Shown: positions 30,600-40,166 of the stretch, piece after piece
Numbering within the stretch: the stretch's first letter is position 1
How the letters are laid out: the number at the start of each line of letters is the position of its first letter
NCBI GenBank assembly: GCA_049320885.1
Contig: JBMORA010000022.1
Coordinates: 64,001 to 128,000, forward strand
DNA: 64,000 bases
Reading direction: 5' to 3'
Source: Thermodesulfobacteriota bacterium
Lineage (GTDB): Bacteria > Desulfobacterota > Desulfobacteria > Desulfobacterales > SURF-7
Translations under genes and position numbers: made by a program
Notes under the pieces: model-generated
What the model was told of the DNA's origin: nothing
The model's input: the letters and a program-made list of their open reading frames with translations, nothing else
Databases searched by the model: none

Positions 30600-31370
30600 T
30601 CATTCACCTCCCATCCGGCGCACGATAAAAAATTCATAGGCATACCAGTTCGAGTACATCCGGTGCATGGCGGGCTCCTGCGCGAGATGGTCCAGCACGG
30701 AGAGGGCCTCGGCATCGTCCGCGTACCGGATGCGCAGCTCCTCGATGCGGCCCTCCATCGGCGTGTAAAAGTCTTCCCACCAGGCCTCGTCCGGTAAGGT
30801 GAAGTGCCCGATCAGCGAAAAACCGGAATGGCCGATGGTCACAAGGACATCGGCGATCTTGCCCATGGTCGGGTAGTCGAGGTCAAAGCTTGCCCGCACC
30901 GCGGGCGGTGGATTTTCCTTGCGCCAGACCGCATCGGTGAAGGCGAGATAGCCGCCGGGGAGCAGGAGGCCGCGGCAGATCCGCAGGGCGTTTGCAATGC
31001 CGATGTTATAGAGCGCGCCCTCGGACCAGACGAGGTCAAAGCTCGCCGGCGGCAGACCGGGATCCGCCATGTCGCCGACCAGCGGTGAGACACGCTGCGA
31101 AAGCCCAAGCCCGGCCACCGTTGCCTTCAGCCGTTCGATGCTCGGGGCGTGGCTGTCGATGGCGACGATGGCGCCCGAGGTCAACTCGGCAAGGTGGATC
31201 GTCTGGCCGCCGACGCCGCAGCCGAGGTCCAGCACCGCGGGCGCTGGCGGCAGGTCGTGGCACAGGGCGAGCGCCTTGACAGCACAGGCGCGGTTGCCCG
31301 GGCCCTGCCTGGGGAGCGACTCATAGAGTTCGAAAAAAACCGGCCAGAAGCGTTTGTGAAGCTCATTCAT
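30600..31370 (-). CDS. Class I SAM-dependent methyltransferase
   Basis: LPRQGPG, VLDLGCGVG and FDLVWSEGA. Confidence 0.9.
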   Translation of the reverse strand: MNELHKRFWPVFFELYESLPRQGPGNRACAVKALALCHDLPPAPAVLDLGCGVGGQTIHLAELTSGAIVAIDSHAPSIERLKATVAGLGLSQRVSPLVGDMADPGLPPASFDLVWSEGALYNIGIANALRICRGLLLPGGYLAFTDAVWRKENPPPAVRASFDLDYPTMGKIADVLVTIGHSGFSLIGHFTLPDEAWWEDFYTPMEGRIEELRIRYADDAEALSVLDHLAQEPAMHRMYSNWYAYEFFIVRRMGGE

Positions 31371-31482
31371 CTCATTTCTTCCTGTCCATGTCGGTCCTCA
31401 TCTGCCTGGTGATAACACCGATTGTCTACCATATTTGGAGAATTTTTGAAGGATGAATCTGGTATCAGACCATATTTCCCGA

Positions 31483-31510
31483 TCAAGTTTTCAGATGCCG
31501 CAGCCGATTG
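31483..31510 (+). promoter_or_regulatory. Putative sigma-28 (FliA) promoter
   Basis: TCAAGTTT-N12-GCCGATTG versus the consensus TAAAGTTT-N11-GCCGATAA. Confidence 0.4.
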
Positions 31511-31565
31511 TACATGAAGGCATGGTCTTTTATGGGTAACAGAAACACCATATTCGGTGACGTCA

Positions 31566-32981
31566 ATGAAAATCATCAGCTCCGATATCCGCCTGGAGGC
31601 CGATCACCAGTATCAGCGGGAGGAAGTCGTCGGCCTGGCCGATCGTCAGCGTTCTTCCAGTCTGCCTGCCGCCGGGCAACCAACGGCGGACAGGGTGACC
31701 TTATCCCGGGCTGCCAAAAACCACTATCAGTCCGAACAGGCTTTCGCCCTCTTCGCCCGGCAGCAGGTAGCCAATATACCGGAAAGGGAAAACCAGCGCG
31801 GGGACCCGGCGACGGGGCGACTGATCAAGGTCATGACCCAGGCCCTTTCCGGCCGGGAGGTGCGCATCAAGGAAACCATGTCCCGGACCGGGGTCGTTTC
31901 CGGGCCTGTCGCGGGTTCATCCCCGGCAACGGCAGGGGTGTCCGGTAATGGCGGGCAGGTTACCGTCCGTTTTTTCGAAGTCAGGACCTTGCTGGAGAAC
32001 GAAACCGCCAATCTGATTTCTTCCGGTGTGATCCGGACCGGGGATGGGACCGAAATCACATTCGATCTGCAGCTCCAGCTTGTGCGTGCCTTCCAGTCCC
32101 GGGAAACGAATTTGCGCCAAATGACCTTGGGCGCCGTTACCGACCCCCTGGTGGTGACCCTGGACGGCGGTCCGCCCAGGATCACGGAGACTTTTTTTAC
32201 GTTTGACTTGAATTCCGACGGCCTGGCGGAAGAAGTGGCCGCCCTCGGCCCGGGCAGCGGTTTTCTGGCCCTGGACCGCAATGGCGACGGTCAGATCAAC
32301 AACGGCGCGGAGCTGTTCGGCCCCCGAAGCGGCGACGGTTTCCTGGAGCTGGCCCTTCACGACCAGGATGGCAACCGCTGGATCGATGAAAACGATCCGA
32401 TTTATTCCCAGCTGTCGGTCTGGCAGCAGGGTGCAAACGGCCAGAATTCGCTCATGAGTCTGAAGGCCGCGGGAATCGGCGCCATCCATCTTCAGGCGGC
32501 GGACACCCCTTTTGCCATGACCGACGGGCAAAACCGGCTTTTCGGGCAATTGCGGAAAACCGGTATCATGGTAAAGGAAGAGGGTGTGGTGCAGCAGATC
32601 TATCAGGTTGATCTTGTCCAGCGCGAAGCGCCCACGGGGCTTGCCCAAGGGAAAGAACCCGGCAGCCAGGGCAATCTCATCGCCATGTTTCCGGCCAGAA
32701 CGCAAGGCCCGACGGCAGTCCCCGGGCGGTCTTTTGTTGCGGGTGTCCCGGCCGCATCTTCCAGCGAAGGTCCAGAACAACCAGGAGAAAGCATGCTGGA
32801 AGCCATGAAAAAGCGGTTTGAGCGACTGAAAGATGAAATCGAGAAAATGCAGCAGGAAACCATGAAAAAAGCGAAGGCCGCCGCAGCCCGGGCAGCGGAT
32901 GCCCATCAGCGGTATGCCCCTCCCGGCCGGATCCAGGCGGCATCATATCCGGCTTACCCGCGAGAGAAACACGGGTGGTGA
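31566..32981 (+). CDS. Hypothetical protein with DxDxDG-type Ca-binding loops (VCBS/EF-hand-like)
   Basis: DPLVVTLDG, FDLNSDG, LALDRNGDGQINNGAELFG and DQDGNRWIDEND. Confidence 0.75.
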   Translation: MKIISSDIRLEADHQYQREEVVGLADRQRSSSLPAAGQPTADRVTLSRAAKNHYQSEQAFALFARQQVANIPERENQRGDPATGRLIKVMTQALSGREVRIKETMSRTGVVSGPVAGSSPATAGVSGNGGQVTVRFFEVRTLLENETANLISSGVIRTGDGTEITFDLQLQLVRAFQSRETNLRQMTLGAVTDPLVVTLDGGPPRITETFFTFDLNSDGLAEEVAALGPGSGFLALDRNGDGQINNGAELFGPRSGDGFLELALHDQDGNRWIDENDPIYSQLSVWQQGANGQNSLMSLKAAGIGAIHLQAADTPFAMTDGQNRLFGQLRKTGIMVKEEGVVQQIYQVDLVQREAPTGLAQGKEPGSQGNLIAMFPARTQGPTAVPGRSFVAGVPAASSSEGPEQPGESMLEAMKKRFERLKDEIEKMQQETMKKAKAAAARAADAHQRYAPPGRIQAASYPAYPREKHGW

Positions 32982-33091
32982 TCCGATGTGATAACCAGTT
33001 GTTAGCGATCCGCTTGAAGACTGAGCGGTTGATATTTCCTGCTTCTGCAAGGGTAATCTGTTGGGTATGAAAAAAGGCCCTGCCCGTATGC

Positions 33092-34432
33092 TCAAGAAAA
33101 CCCCGTGCCAGGCGGAACGGGCGGCTCTTTCGATGACGCACAACGGATCACCAGCGGTCCCTTGACCGCCTTCATGACCTCGGATGCCGGCAAGCCGTTC
33201 TCCAGCAGGGTGGTCATCACCCGCAGGTACTTACGGATGTGGCGAAAGAACTTCTGGTTGCCGGCACAGAGGTAGTGCAACCCCGGTTCACCGTAATAGC
33301 TCTGCGTGAAGCGGTGTTTGGGGCACCCTCCATGGCAGGCGGCCAGCACCTCGCATTCCCGGCAATAGCGCGGCAGGGCGGTCTCTTTCGTCACGCCGAA
33401 TCCTGATTTCCGGGACGTATCGGCCATATTCCCCAGATTGTCAGCCACGATGTTCCCAAGTCTGTATTCCGGGTAGACGCAATGATCGCAGGCGTAGACA
33501 TCGCCGTTGTGTTCCATCACCAGAGACCTGCCGCATTGTCTGGCATGAATGCACACCGGTGAAGGATTGCCGATCCAGGCATTTAATGCCCACTCGAAAT
33601 TCATTACAAAGACTTTGCCCACATCGTGCCGGACCCATTCTTCATAAATGGTGATCAAAAAATCGCCGTAATCTTCCGCAACAACACTCCAGGGCGTCAC
33701 CTGGGTCTGATTTTCTTCCCTGTCCAATACCGCCGGGCCGGCCAGGCGCAGACCCTGCTTTTTGCTAATGGCATCCGGCATGCGCTCAACGATGGGTGAA
33801 AATTGAATGAATTCAATCCCTTTATCCTTAAAAAACCGGTAAACGTCAAGGGGATGCCGGGCCGTGTCACGGGCCACGCAGGCCATCACATTATAATCCA
33901 CCTGATGTTTCTGGAGCAGTTTCAGCCCCCGCATCCCTTTTTCAAATGAACCTTTTCCAGAACGATCACGCCGATAGCGGTCATGAATTTCCTCTGGGCC
34001 ATCCAGGCTGATCCCGACCATGAAATTATTTTTCTTTAAAAAAGAACACCATTCGTCGGTCAGCAGGGTTCCGTTGGTCTGGATAGAGTTGGAGATGGTT
34101 TTGAGACCCATAAACGGCCGCTGAAGCGCGATCGCTTTCTCAAAAAATTCGATCCCTAAAAGTGTCGGCTCCCCGCCCTGCCAGACGAACTCAACCACCG
34201 GTGTGGGCTGGGAAGCGATGTAATTGGTTATGAAGGTCGAAAGTACGTGGTCCGACATCCGGTAATGCTCACCTGTTTCAAACAACGCCTGCTTCTCCAG
34301 ATAAAAGCAGTATTCGCAGTTGAGGTTGCACACCGGGCCAATAGGTTTTGCCACGATGTGGATACCCTGCGCAGGACTCTGTTCCTGCTTGTTCACCTTT
34401 GTTTGTTCAGTTGATATAAGGGGCGGCTTCAT
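33092..34432 (-). CDS. Anaerobic sulfatase maturase (radical SAM/SPASM)
   Basis: CNLNCEYC, WQGGEP, ISLDGP and SPASM cysteines CxxC...CHGGCPKHR; adjacent to a sulfatase. Confidence 0.95.
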   Translation of the reverse strand: MKPPLISTEQTKVNKQEQSPAQGIHIVAKPIGPVCNLNCEYCFYLEKQALFETGEHYRMSDHVLSTFITNYIASQPTPVVEFVWQGGEPTLLGIEFFEKAIALQRPFMGLKTISNSIQTNGTLLTDEWCSFLKKNNFMVGISLDGPEEIHDRYRRDRSGKGSFEKGMRGLKLLQKHQVDYNVMACVARDTARHPLDVYRFFKDKGIEFIQFSPIVERMPDAISKKQGLRLAGPAVLDREENQTQVTPWSVVAEDYGDFLITIYEEWVRHDVGKVFVMNFEWALNAWIGNPSPVCIHARQCGRSLVMEHNGDVYACDHCVYPEYRLGNIVADNLGNMADTSRKSGFGVTKETALPRYCRECEVLAACHGGCPKHRFTQSYYGEPGLHYLCAGNQKFFRHIRKYLRVMTTLLENGLPASEVMKAVKGPLVIRCASSKEPPVPPGTGFS

Positions 34433-34456
34433 TAAATCCGGTGATGAAAAATGGCA

Positions 34457-36787
34457 TTATTTTATTCTTTCAACAGTCACATAGCTGATTTTTCCATTGA
34501 ATTTTGATGAAGCGCCATAGTCTGCAACATGGGTGCCGTCATCGATGCCGATATCCGCCAGATCATCCACTGAGAAAATCCCCGGCTGGGTTTTTTCAAT
34601 CCTCTTTTCCGCCACTTTTTTCCCATTTACTGAAATGATGCCGACTCCGCCTTTGCCCATTCCGCCGCCATCATACCTGAAATCGTAAACCAGTTTGTAA
34701 TTTCCCGGGTTCAGAGCCTTTGCAGCTATAATCTGCGTTGATTCCATCCCCAGATAATTATAACTGAATGCCGGTTTTCCATTTTTCATATAGAAGGACA
34801 GGCCGCCAAATCGCCCGCCCTGGCAAACAATGACACCGTTCCCTTTGGCATCTACGGCCACTTCCGAAGTGATTGTGTAAGCGGTATTCCTCAGATCAAT
34901 GAAAATATCAACGCCCATTCCCTTCATACCCTCGCCGTAAGTGACAGAGTTTCTACCGCCCATAACCGTCGGTCTGCCCATCAATTCAGCATTGGTTCTT
35001 TCCAGCAGGCGATCGTCAATGGGCAGTACATGGTGCTTTTCAGCTTCCGCCATAAACAAATCCTGCATGGATTGAAGCTTTTCAGAATTTTGTGGGGCCA
35101 AATCAGTAGCCAGACTGAAATCCTCCCTGGTATTGTATAGTTCCCACTTATCTTCCGATAAAGGGGCGCGGGTTTTCATTTCCCAGGCCGCGCGGTGGAT
35201 GGTGCGGGCATACCATCCATCCTGATAAATTCCACGGTTTCCGAACATTTCAAAATACTGGACTTTATGTTGCTCAGCCGCACCGGTGTCATTAAACGTA
35301 TAGGCGAGGCTGGTTCCTTCAACCGGATCCTGCTGAATGCCATTTACCATTCTGGGTGCCGGTATTTTGGTGACTTCATAAATGGTTGGAGCGATATCAA
35401 TGACATGGCCGAACTGCGAACGCAATTCTCCACTGGTTTTGATACCTGCAGGCCAATGAATGATCATTCCGTTTCTGGTGCCTCCAAAATCAGAAGCCAC
35501 CTGCTTGGTATAGGAGAAAGGCGTATCCATGGCCACGGCCCATCCGGCGGCAAAATGCGGATAGGTACTGGGTCCACCCCATTCTTCGTAATGCTTCAAC
35601 ATATCCGGAACGGTTTCGGCCACTGCATTAAAATAGGTCATTTCACTGTACATACCGTTCATTTGTCCTTCGGCGCTGGCGCCATTGTCGCCGGCAATGA
35701 AAACGATGACCGTATTCTCCAGTTTTCCCAATTCCTCAATAGCAGCAATGAGTCTTCCCGCTTCGTAATCGGTTTGTTCGGCAAATCCGGCATAAACTTC
35801 CATCTGGCGGGCGAACAATTTCTTTTCGTCGGCGGAAAGTTTTTCCCAGTCTTTTATGGCTTCCGGTTTAGGGGCCAGTTTAGTGCTTTGCGGAACGATT
35901 CCCAGATTTTTCTGACGTTCCAAAGTCATTTCACGCATTTTATCCCAGCCTTCGTCAAATTTCCCTTTGTATTTTTCGATCCATTCTTTTGGAACATGAT
36001 GCGGCGCATGGGTGGCTCCTGGCGCATAATAGATAAAGAAAGGCTTATCGGGCGTTAACGCCTGCTGGAAACGAACCCATGAAATAGCCTGGTTGGTCAT
36101 GTCAGTGGTAAAATGATAATCCGGGTCTTCCGGCGTTTCAACAATGGTAACCCCATCATAAATAAGCGGAGCCCACTGATTGGTTTCGCCGCCGATGAAA
36201 CCATAAAATTTCTCAAAACCCGAGCGTGTCGGCCATCGGTCTTGTGGACCTGAATTTGAAATTTCCCAGGGCGGTGTTTCATGATATTTCCCAAAGGCAG
36301 CGGTATTGTATCCATTCTGGCGGAGTACCTCGGCCATCGGGGTGATTGTTTGGGGCCTTACTGACGTATTTCCGGGAAATGTTGTAGCACATTCTGCAAT
36401 ACAACCCATGTTGTTGCTGTGATGGTTATACCCGGTCAGCAATGCCACCCGTGTGGGAGAAGAAAGGGCGGTTGTATGAAAACGGTTAAATTTTAAACCG
36501 TTTTCAGCAAGTTTATTCATAGTCGGCGTGCTGACAGGACCGCCAAAAGTTTCGGACACGCCAAAACCCATATCGTCAATTAAAATAACGACCACATTGG
36601 GCGCTCCCGCCGGGGCTTTTACATCAAAGCGAGCCGGCGGCGTGGCATTTCGGACATCGAGCACGTTGCTGCGCGGGAATTTGGGTTCAGGGATCGGCAG
36701 CACCGTGCGATCCAAAGGGGCCTGCGCGGCGGCGTTTGTCGCGCAGACTGCGCCTAAAGCAAGGCCGAATAAATTAACCGTTTTCAT
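34457..36787 (-). CDS. Secreted arylsulfatase (Ser-type) with a C-terminal LamG-like domain
   Basis: Signal peptide, PNVVVILIDDMG, TALSSPTRVALLTG (SxPxR), GKYH, HAPH and GDNG. Confidence 0.93.
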   Translation of the reverse strand: MKTVNLFGLALGAVCATNAAAQAPLDRTVLPIPEPKFPRSNVLDVRNATPPARFDVKAPAGAPNVVVILIDDMGFGVSETFGGPVSTPTMNKLAENGLKFNRFHTTALSSPTRVALLTGYNHHSNNMGCIAECATTFPGNTSVRPQTITPMAEVLRQNGYNTAAFGKYHETPPWEISNSGPQDRWPTRSGFEKFYGFIGGETNQWAPLIYDGVTIVETPEDPDYHFTTDMTNQAISWVRFQQALTPDKPFFIYYAPGATHAPHHVPKEWIEKYKGKFDEGWDKMREMTLERQKNLGIVPQSTKLAPKPEAIKDWEKLSADEKKLFARQMEVYAGFAEQTDYEAGRLIAAIEELGKLENTVIVFIAGDNGASAEGQMNGMYSEMTYFNAVAETVPDMLKHYEEWGGPSTYPHFAAGWAVAMDTPFSYTKQVASDFGGTRNGMIIHWPAGIKTSGELRSQFGHVIDIAPTIYEVTKIPAPRMVNGIQQDPVEGTSLAYTFNDTGAAEQHKVQYFEMFGNRGIYQDGWYARTIHRAAWEMKTRAPLSEDKWELYNTREDFSLATDLAPQNSEKLQSMQDLFMAEAEKHHVLPIDDRLLERTNAELMGRPTVMGGRNSVTYGEGMKGMGVDIFIDLRNTAYTITSEVAVDAKGNGVIVCQGGRFGGLSFYMKNGKPAFSYNYLGMESTQIIAAKALNPGNYKLVYDFRYDGGGMGKGGVGIISVNGKKVAEKRIEKTQPGIFSVDDLADIGIDDGTHVADYGASSKFNGKISYVTVERIK

Positions 36788-36832
36788 TTTTTAACTCCTT
36801 CCATGAATGTCTTAAGGAATAGGGTCTTCATT

Positions 36833-36994
36833 CTATTTTGGGAACAAGAAGGTTAACTGCGCCCTGAAGCCCCAACTTTCAGGGCCGTTATCCGGTGATT
36901 CAGCCCAGTACTTCGTGCCTGATCCGAACTGGAGGATCTGTGGTCCGACCTTGAACAGTTGAGATACCTGGGCGATCACCGGTACGGACCACGC
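36833..36994 (-). pseudogene. C-terminal remnant of an outer-membrane beta-barrel ('transporter'-type) gene
   Basis: Manual translation WSVPVIAQVSQLFKVGPQILQFGSGTKYWAESPDNGPESWGFRAQLTFLFPK*; the 5' part is missing. Confidence 0.6.
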
Positions 36995-37007
36995 CCATTA
37001 AACCACA

Positions 37008-37166
37008 TCACTTCCCAAAAGCACCCTGCTTGACGTAGCGGGCGAGGGTCATGTCAGTCTCCGCGCGGACGAAGTTGTCCACTGTCACCCTTTCCGCCGC
37101 GAAACCTGACATGGAAATTAAAAGGATCATTCCCATCGCTGCGAGCATCTGAAGGGTTCGTTTCAT
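37008..37166 (-). pseudogene. N-terminal remnant of a DUF1254-type secreted protein
   Basis: AGGAG RBS; MKRTLQMLAAMGMILLISMSGFAAERVTVDNFVRAETDMTLARYVKQGAFGK* (signal peptide plus VTVDNFVRAETD motif); stops after 52 aa. Confidence 0.6.
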
Positions 37167-37483
37167 TGTTTGTAGCTCCTATTTAGAAAACAAGCGCAAT
37201 TAAAACAGGCGAATACAAGAATGCGTTTCAGCTTGGACGCATAATGTAAGCTGAATGATCGCTTTTTTTTGGTTTGGCGTTTCCGGACTTTTTGCGAATT
37301 CATCATACTTAAGTGGTCATGGATGTCAAAGGATTTTCCGAGTACCATATTGGTGCCGGATGCAGCCGGGCGGTTAACAAGGCAACTCGAAAAACGGAGA
37401 ACGGGAGAATTCCGAGTTTGTTTCGGGGTCCAAAACCCATTTTCGAACGGAAAAGGCGGCGATGTGAGGGAAGAATAGCTCTT

Positions 37484-37790
37484 TTAAATATCGAGTGCGA
37501 AGCGGATTGCCCGTGCAACCTCTACCATCTTTGCACGGGGCAGGGATGTGATTAACGATCCGATTGTGCTCTTGGAAACAGTCTGCAAATGGTCGCAATT
37601 GACAGCACAATCTTGGGGCATGCCGTCAGCCGTCGAGAGAAACACTTCGGACGGGATATTACGCACGGTGGTCGTAATGGGCGCGATGGTAACCTCTCCC
37701 AGATATCCCAACACGGAATCCCGTGTCAGGACAAGGACAGGCCGTTTTTTATCTGGCGGCACGAATTTATACCAACGTATTTCGCCATTG
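37484..37790 (-). pseudogene. PemK/MazF family toxin, 5'-damaged, with no antitoxin
   Basis: GEIRWYKFVPPDKKRPVLVL...IAPITT...AVNCDHLQTV; in-frame TGA just upstream and no in-frame ATG before the GEIRW segment. Confidence 0.75.
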
Positions 37791-37904
37791 AATAGTTCTC
37801 AATATTACACCTCCATAATGTGGTATTTTATAGCTGTAATAATCCACATTGATGGGCATGTCAAATTTTTGAGGGTTGAAAAGGGCGGTTTAAGAATGGT
37901 AGGC

Positions 37905-38032
37905 AGGGAGCTACCGGTGAACGTTCAAAATCCTCTCTCATTGCCTTGAAAAAGGAAATGGAAGTCATGGACAAGGAAATCAAACTGATCGAGGCGATAT
38001 ATGCCGGCACACATGGAAAAGCACCCTATTGA
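37905..38032 (+). pseudogene. Degraded RelE-like toxin remnant
   Basis: RELPVNVQ, a frameshift, then SLIALKKEMEVMDKEIKLIEAIYAGTHGKAPY*; the C-terminus resembles the YAGTHEKAPY end of RelE-like toxins (recalled). Confidence 0.5.
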
Positions 38033-38079
38033 ATCCCGCGTTTTAGCGCGGCGCCTTGCCAATGAGACGGGAGCAGATC

Positions 38080-38955
38080 TCAGTCTGCGGATTGCAGTGC
38101 CGCAATCCGCGATTCAAGGGGCGGGTGGCTGCTGAACAGCGCCATCATGCCGCCGCCGGCAATTCCGCTGGCCGCCATTTCCTTCGGCAACTGGCCGGCT
38201 TGAAGATTACCCAGCGCGCGCAGGGCTTCGACCATCGGGCGTCGGTCGCCCATCAGCGCGGCAGCGCCTGCGTCGGCCCGGTATTCGCGCTGGCGTGAAA
38301 AGTACATAACCACGATGCTGGCCAGGACGCCGAACAGGATTTCAAAGACGATGCTGCTGATCCAATAGCCGATGCCCGGGCCGGTCGATTCGTCATCGTC
38401 CCTGCGCAGGAAACTGTCCACCGCGTAACCAGCGGCACGCGACAGGAAGATCACAAAGGTGTTGACCACCCCCTGGATCAACGTCAGGGTCACCATGTCG
38501 CCGTTTTCGATGTGGGCGACCTCGTGGGCCAACACGGCTTCCACCTCTTTTCGGTGCATGCTTTGCAGGAGTCCGGTCGAGACGGCCACCAGCGAATTGG
38601 ACTTGCTGGGACCGGTGGCAAAGGCATTGGGTGCGCCTTCGTAGATGGCCACCTCCGGCATCGGCAAGCCGGCTTTGGCGGCCAATCGTCCCACGGTGTC
38701 CACAAGCCAGGCTTCATGCTGGTTGCCCGGACGCTCGATAACCTGTGCGCCGGTGCTCCATTTCGCCATGGTCTTGGACATCATCAGCGAAATAAAGGAC
38801 CCGCCGAAGCCGATCAAAGCGGCAAATGCCAGGAGTGTTCCCATGTTCAGTCCATTGCTGGTCAAAAAGCGGTCGATACCCAAAATACGGGCACTGATCG
38901 ACAGTACCAGCATCACCGCAATGTTGGTCAACAAGAAAAGAACCACGCGTTTCAT
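38080..38955 (-). CDS. htpX: Zinc metalloprotease HtpX
   Basis: PNAFATG, AHEVAH (HExxH), [10 protein letters not shown] and SSHPP. Confidence 0.96.
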   Translation of the reverse strand: MKRVVLFLLTNIAVMLVLSISARILGIDRFLTSNGLNMGTLLAFAALIGFGGSFISLMMSKTMAKWSTGAQVIERPGNQHEAWLVDTVGRLAAKAGLPMPEVAIYEGAPNAFATGPSKSNSLVAVSTGLLQSMHRKEVEAVLAHEVAHIENGDMVTLTLIQGVVNTFVIFLSRAAGYAVDSFLRRDDDESTGPGIGYWISSIVFEILFGVLASIVVMYFSRQREYRADAGAAALMGDRRPMVEALRALGNLQAGQLPKEMAASGIAGGGMMALFSSHPPLESRIAALQSAD

Positions 38956-39056
38956 CTAAGCCCTCCTGATATTATGGTTATTGATCAATTATTGGGTTAA
39001 TGTTGTGCTTCTCGGCGGTGAGGTGGCCAAGTCCGCTGAAGAAGATTATGGACCCA

Positions 39057-39440
39057 TTATTTCTTATAGGCTGGTTCTATGCCGTTAAGCATAGGATAAT
39101 GTTTCAGATTTAGGGTTTTTAGTTCGGCTTTTTCTGCGTTAGCCGTTGCAGCCTGGACAGCATCAGCAAGTCCAACTGCATGTGACTTGCCAAAATCACG
39201 CTTGTAGAGCCCACCAATTTTTGCAATCTCGGCAGTGAAGGGGACAACACGAAATAGGGAGATCAAATTTTCTAATATAGTCAGTTCCGCATTTCCTTTG
39301 GCACCAGCATACAATTCCGCAACCACAATTGAAGAGAGGATGATTTGAGAAGAGAATTCATTTACAAAGGCGACGGCCTTTTCGTGACCGCGCAAAAAAT
39401 CAACCAGCACATCCGTGTCTAAAAGGATTGGATTTGGCAT
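39057..39440 (-). CDS. vapC: VapC family PIN-domain toxin
   Basis: LLDTDVL, VAEL, LADA and TLNLKHY. Confidence 0.92.
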   Translation of the reverse strand: MPNPILLDTDVLVDFLRGHEKAVAFVNEFSSQIILSSIVVAELYAGAKGNAELTILENLISLFRVVPFTAEIAKIGGLYKRDFGKSHAVGLADAVQAATANAEKAELKTLNLKHYPMLNGIEPAYKK

Positions 39441-39442
39441 TA

Positions 39443-39673
39443 TTATCTATCCCATTCCGACCTTAGTGTCCTGAAGTCAGGAAGGTCTTTGCGATTCTTC
39501 CAGATTCCGGCAGCCTCTTTCAATGCTGATTCTTTTCGATTACGCCCAGCTTGGTCGATGAGACGGTCAATGGCCTCGCGGATGATTTCACTTTGCTTTT
39601 TGCCAAGACTTCTAGCAATAACAGATAGTTCTTTTCGCTGTTGATCTGTTATGTATATTTGTGTCCTGATCAT
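39443..39673 (-). CDS. vapB: Ribbon-helix-helix (CopG-type) antitoxin
   Basis: MIRTQIYIT...SEIIREAID...AAGIWK; ends 2 nt before vapC. Confidence 0.88.
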   Translation of the reverse strand: MIRTQIYITDQQRKELSVIARSLGKKQSEIIREAIDRLIDQAGRNRKESALKEAAGIWKNRKDLPDFRTLRSEWDR

Positions 39674-39688
39674 AGCGAACCTCCATTA

Positions 39689-39730
39689 ATGTATACACCA
39701 TACATATACATCGATCAGCCACTTTGTCAA
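39689..39730 (-). promoter_or_regulatory. vapBC promoter with a palindromic operator
   Basis: Minus-strand TTGACA-N16-TATATG overlapping the inverted repeat ATGTATA-N9-TATACAT (39689-39711). Confidence 0.6.
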
Positions 39731-39801
39731 GACCAGCATGGATGCCAGGGGAGAATCAGCTTTCATCAAGGGCAGGGATGCCCTTTTGATTGTGAAGGTT
39801 G

Positions 39802-39843
39802 AAAAAGAAAAAAGGCCTTAGAGGGTGTTTGCTCTAAGGCCTT
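39802..39843 (-). terminator. Rho-independent terminator downstream of the tRNA-like 3' end
   Basis: Perfect 12-bp stem aaggccttagag/ctctaaggcctt with an 8-nt loop and a U-tract on the minus strand. Confidence 0.85.
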
Positions 39844-40166
39844 GTTGAATTATGGCTCCCCGTGTGCAACCCTTTTCATAACCGTTCTCGTTCTCCGGCT
39901 GTTAACCAAAAACCGTTGTGATTCAATAGGCTATCAAAGAGCGTGTGGCCCCCGGCAGGTCGGTACCATCGTTAATCAAACTTTCCTTTTGATTTGGAGT
40001 ATACTCGATTCGGTCTGTCAAGGCGAATCATTTATGGAAACCCAGCGGTTTTGAAGCGTGCCTAATGACTCAACAACATTTGAAATATTAATAACTCTTT
40101 GTTAAAGTTATAAAAATATCGAAACGTGGGGGCATCAAAAGCCCCATACCAAACTAAATAGTCGCT

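Noticed and set aside
37300..37480. Possible IS end or small ORFs between the sulfatase locus and mazF
   Set aside because: No transposase, partner inverted repeat or target duplication found.
39853..39930. Complete tRNA gene
   Set aside because: Only the last ~10 nt fit; there is no GTTCRA T-loop or D-arm, so it is treated as an att remnant.
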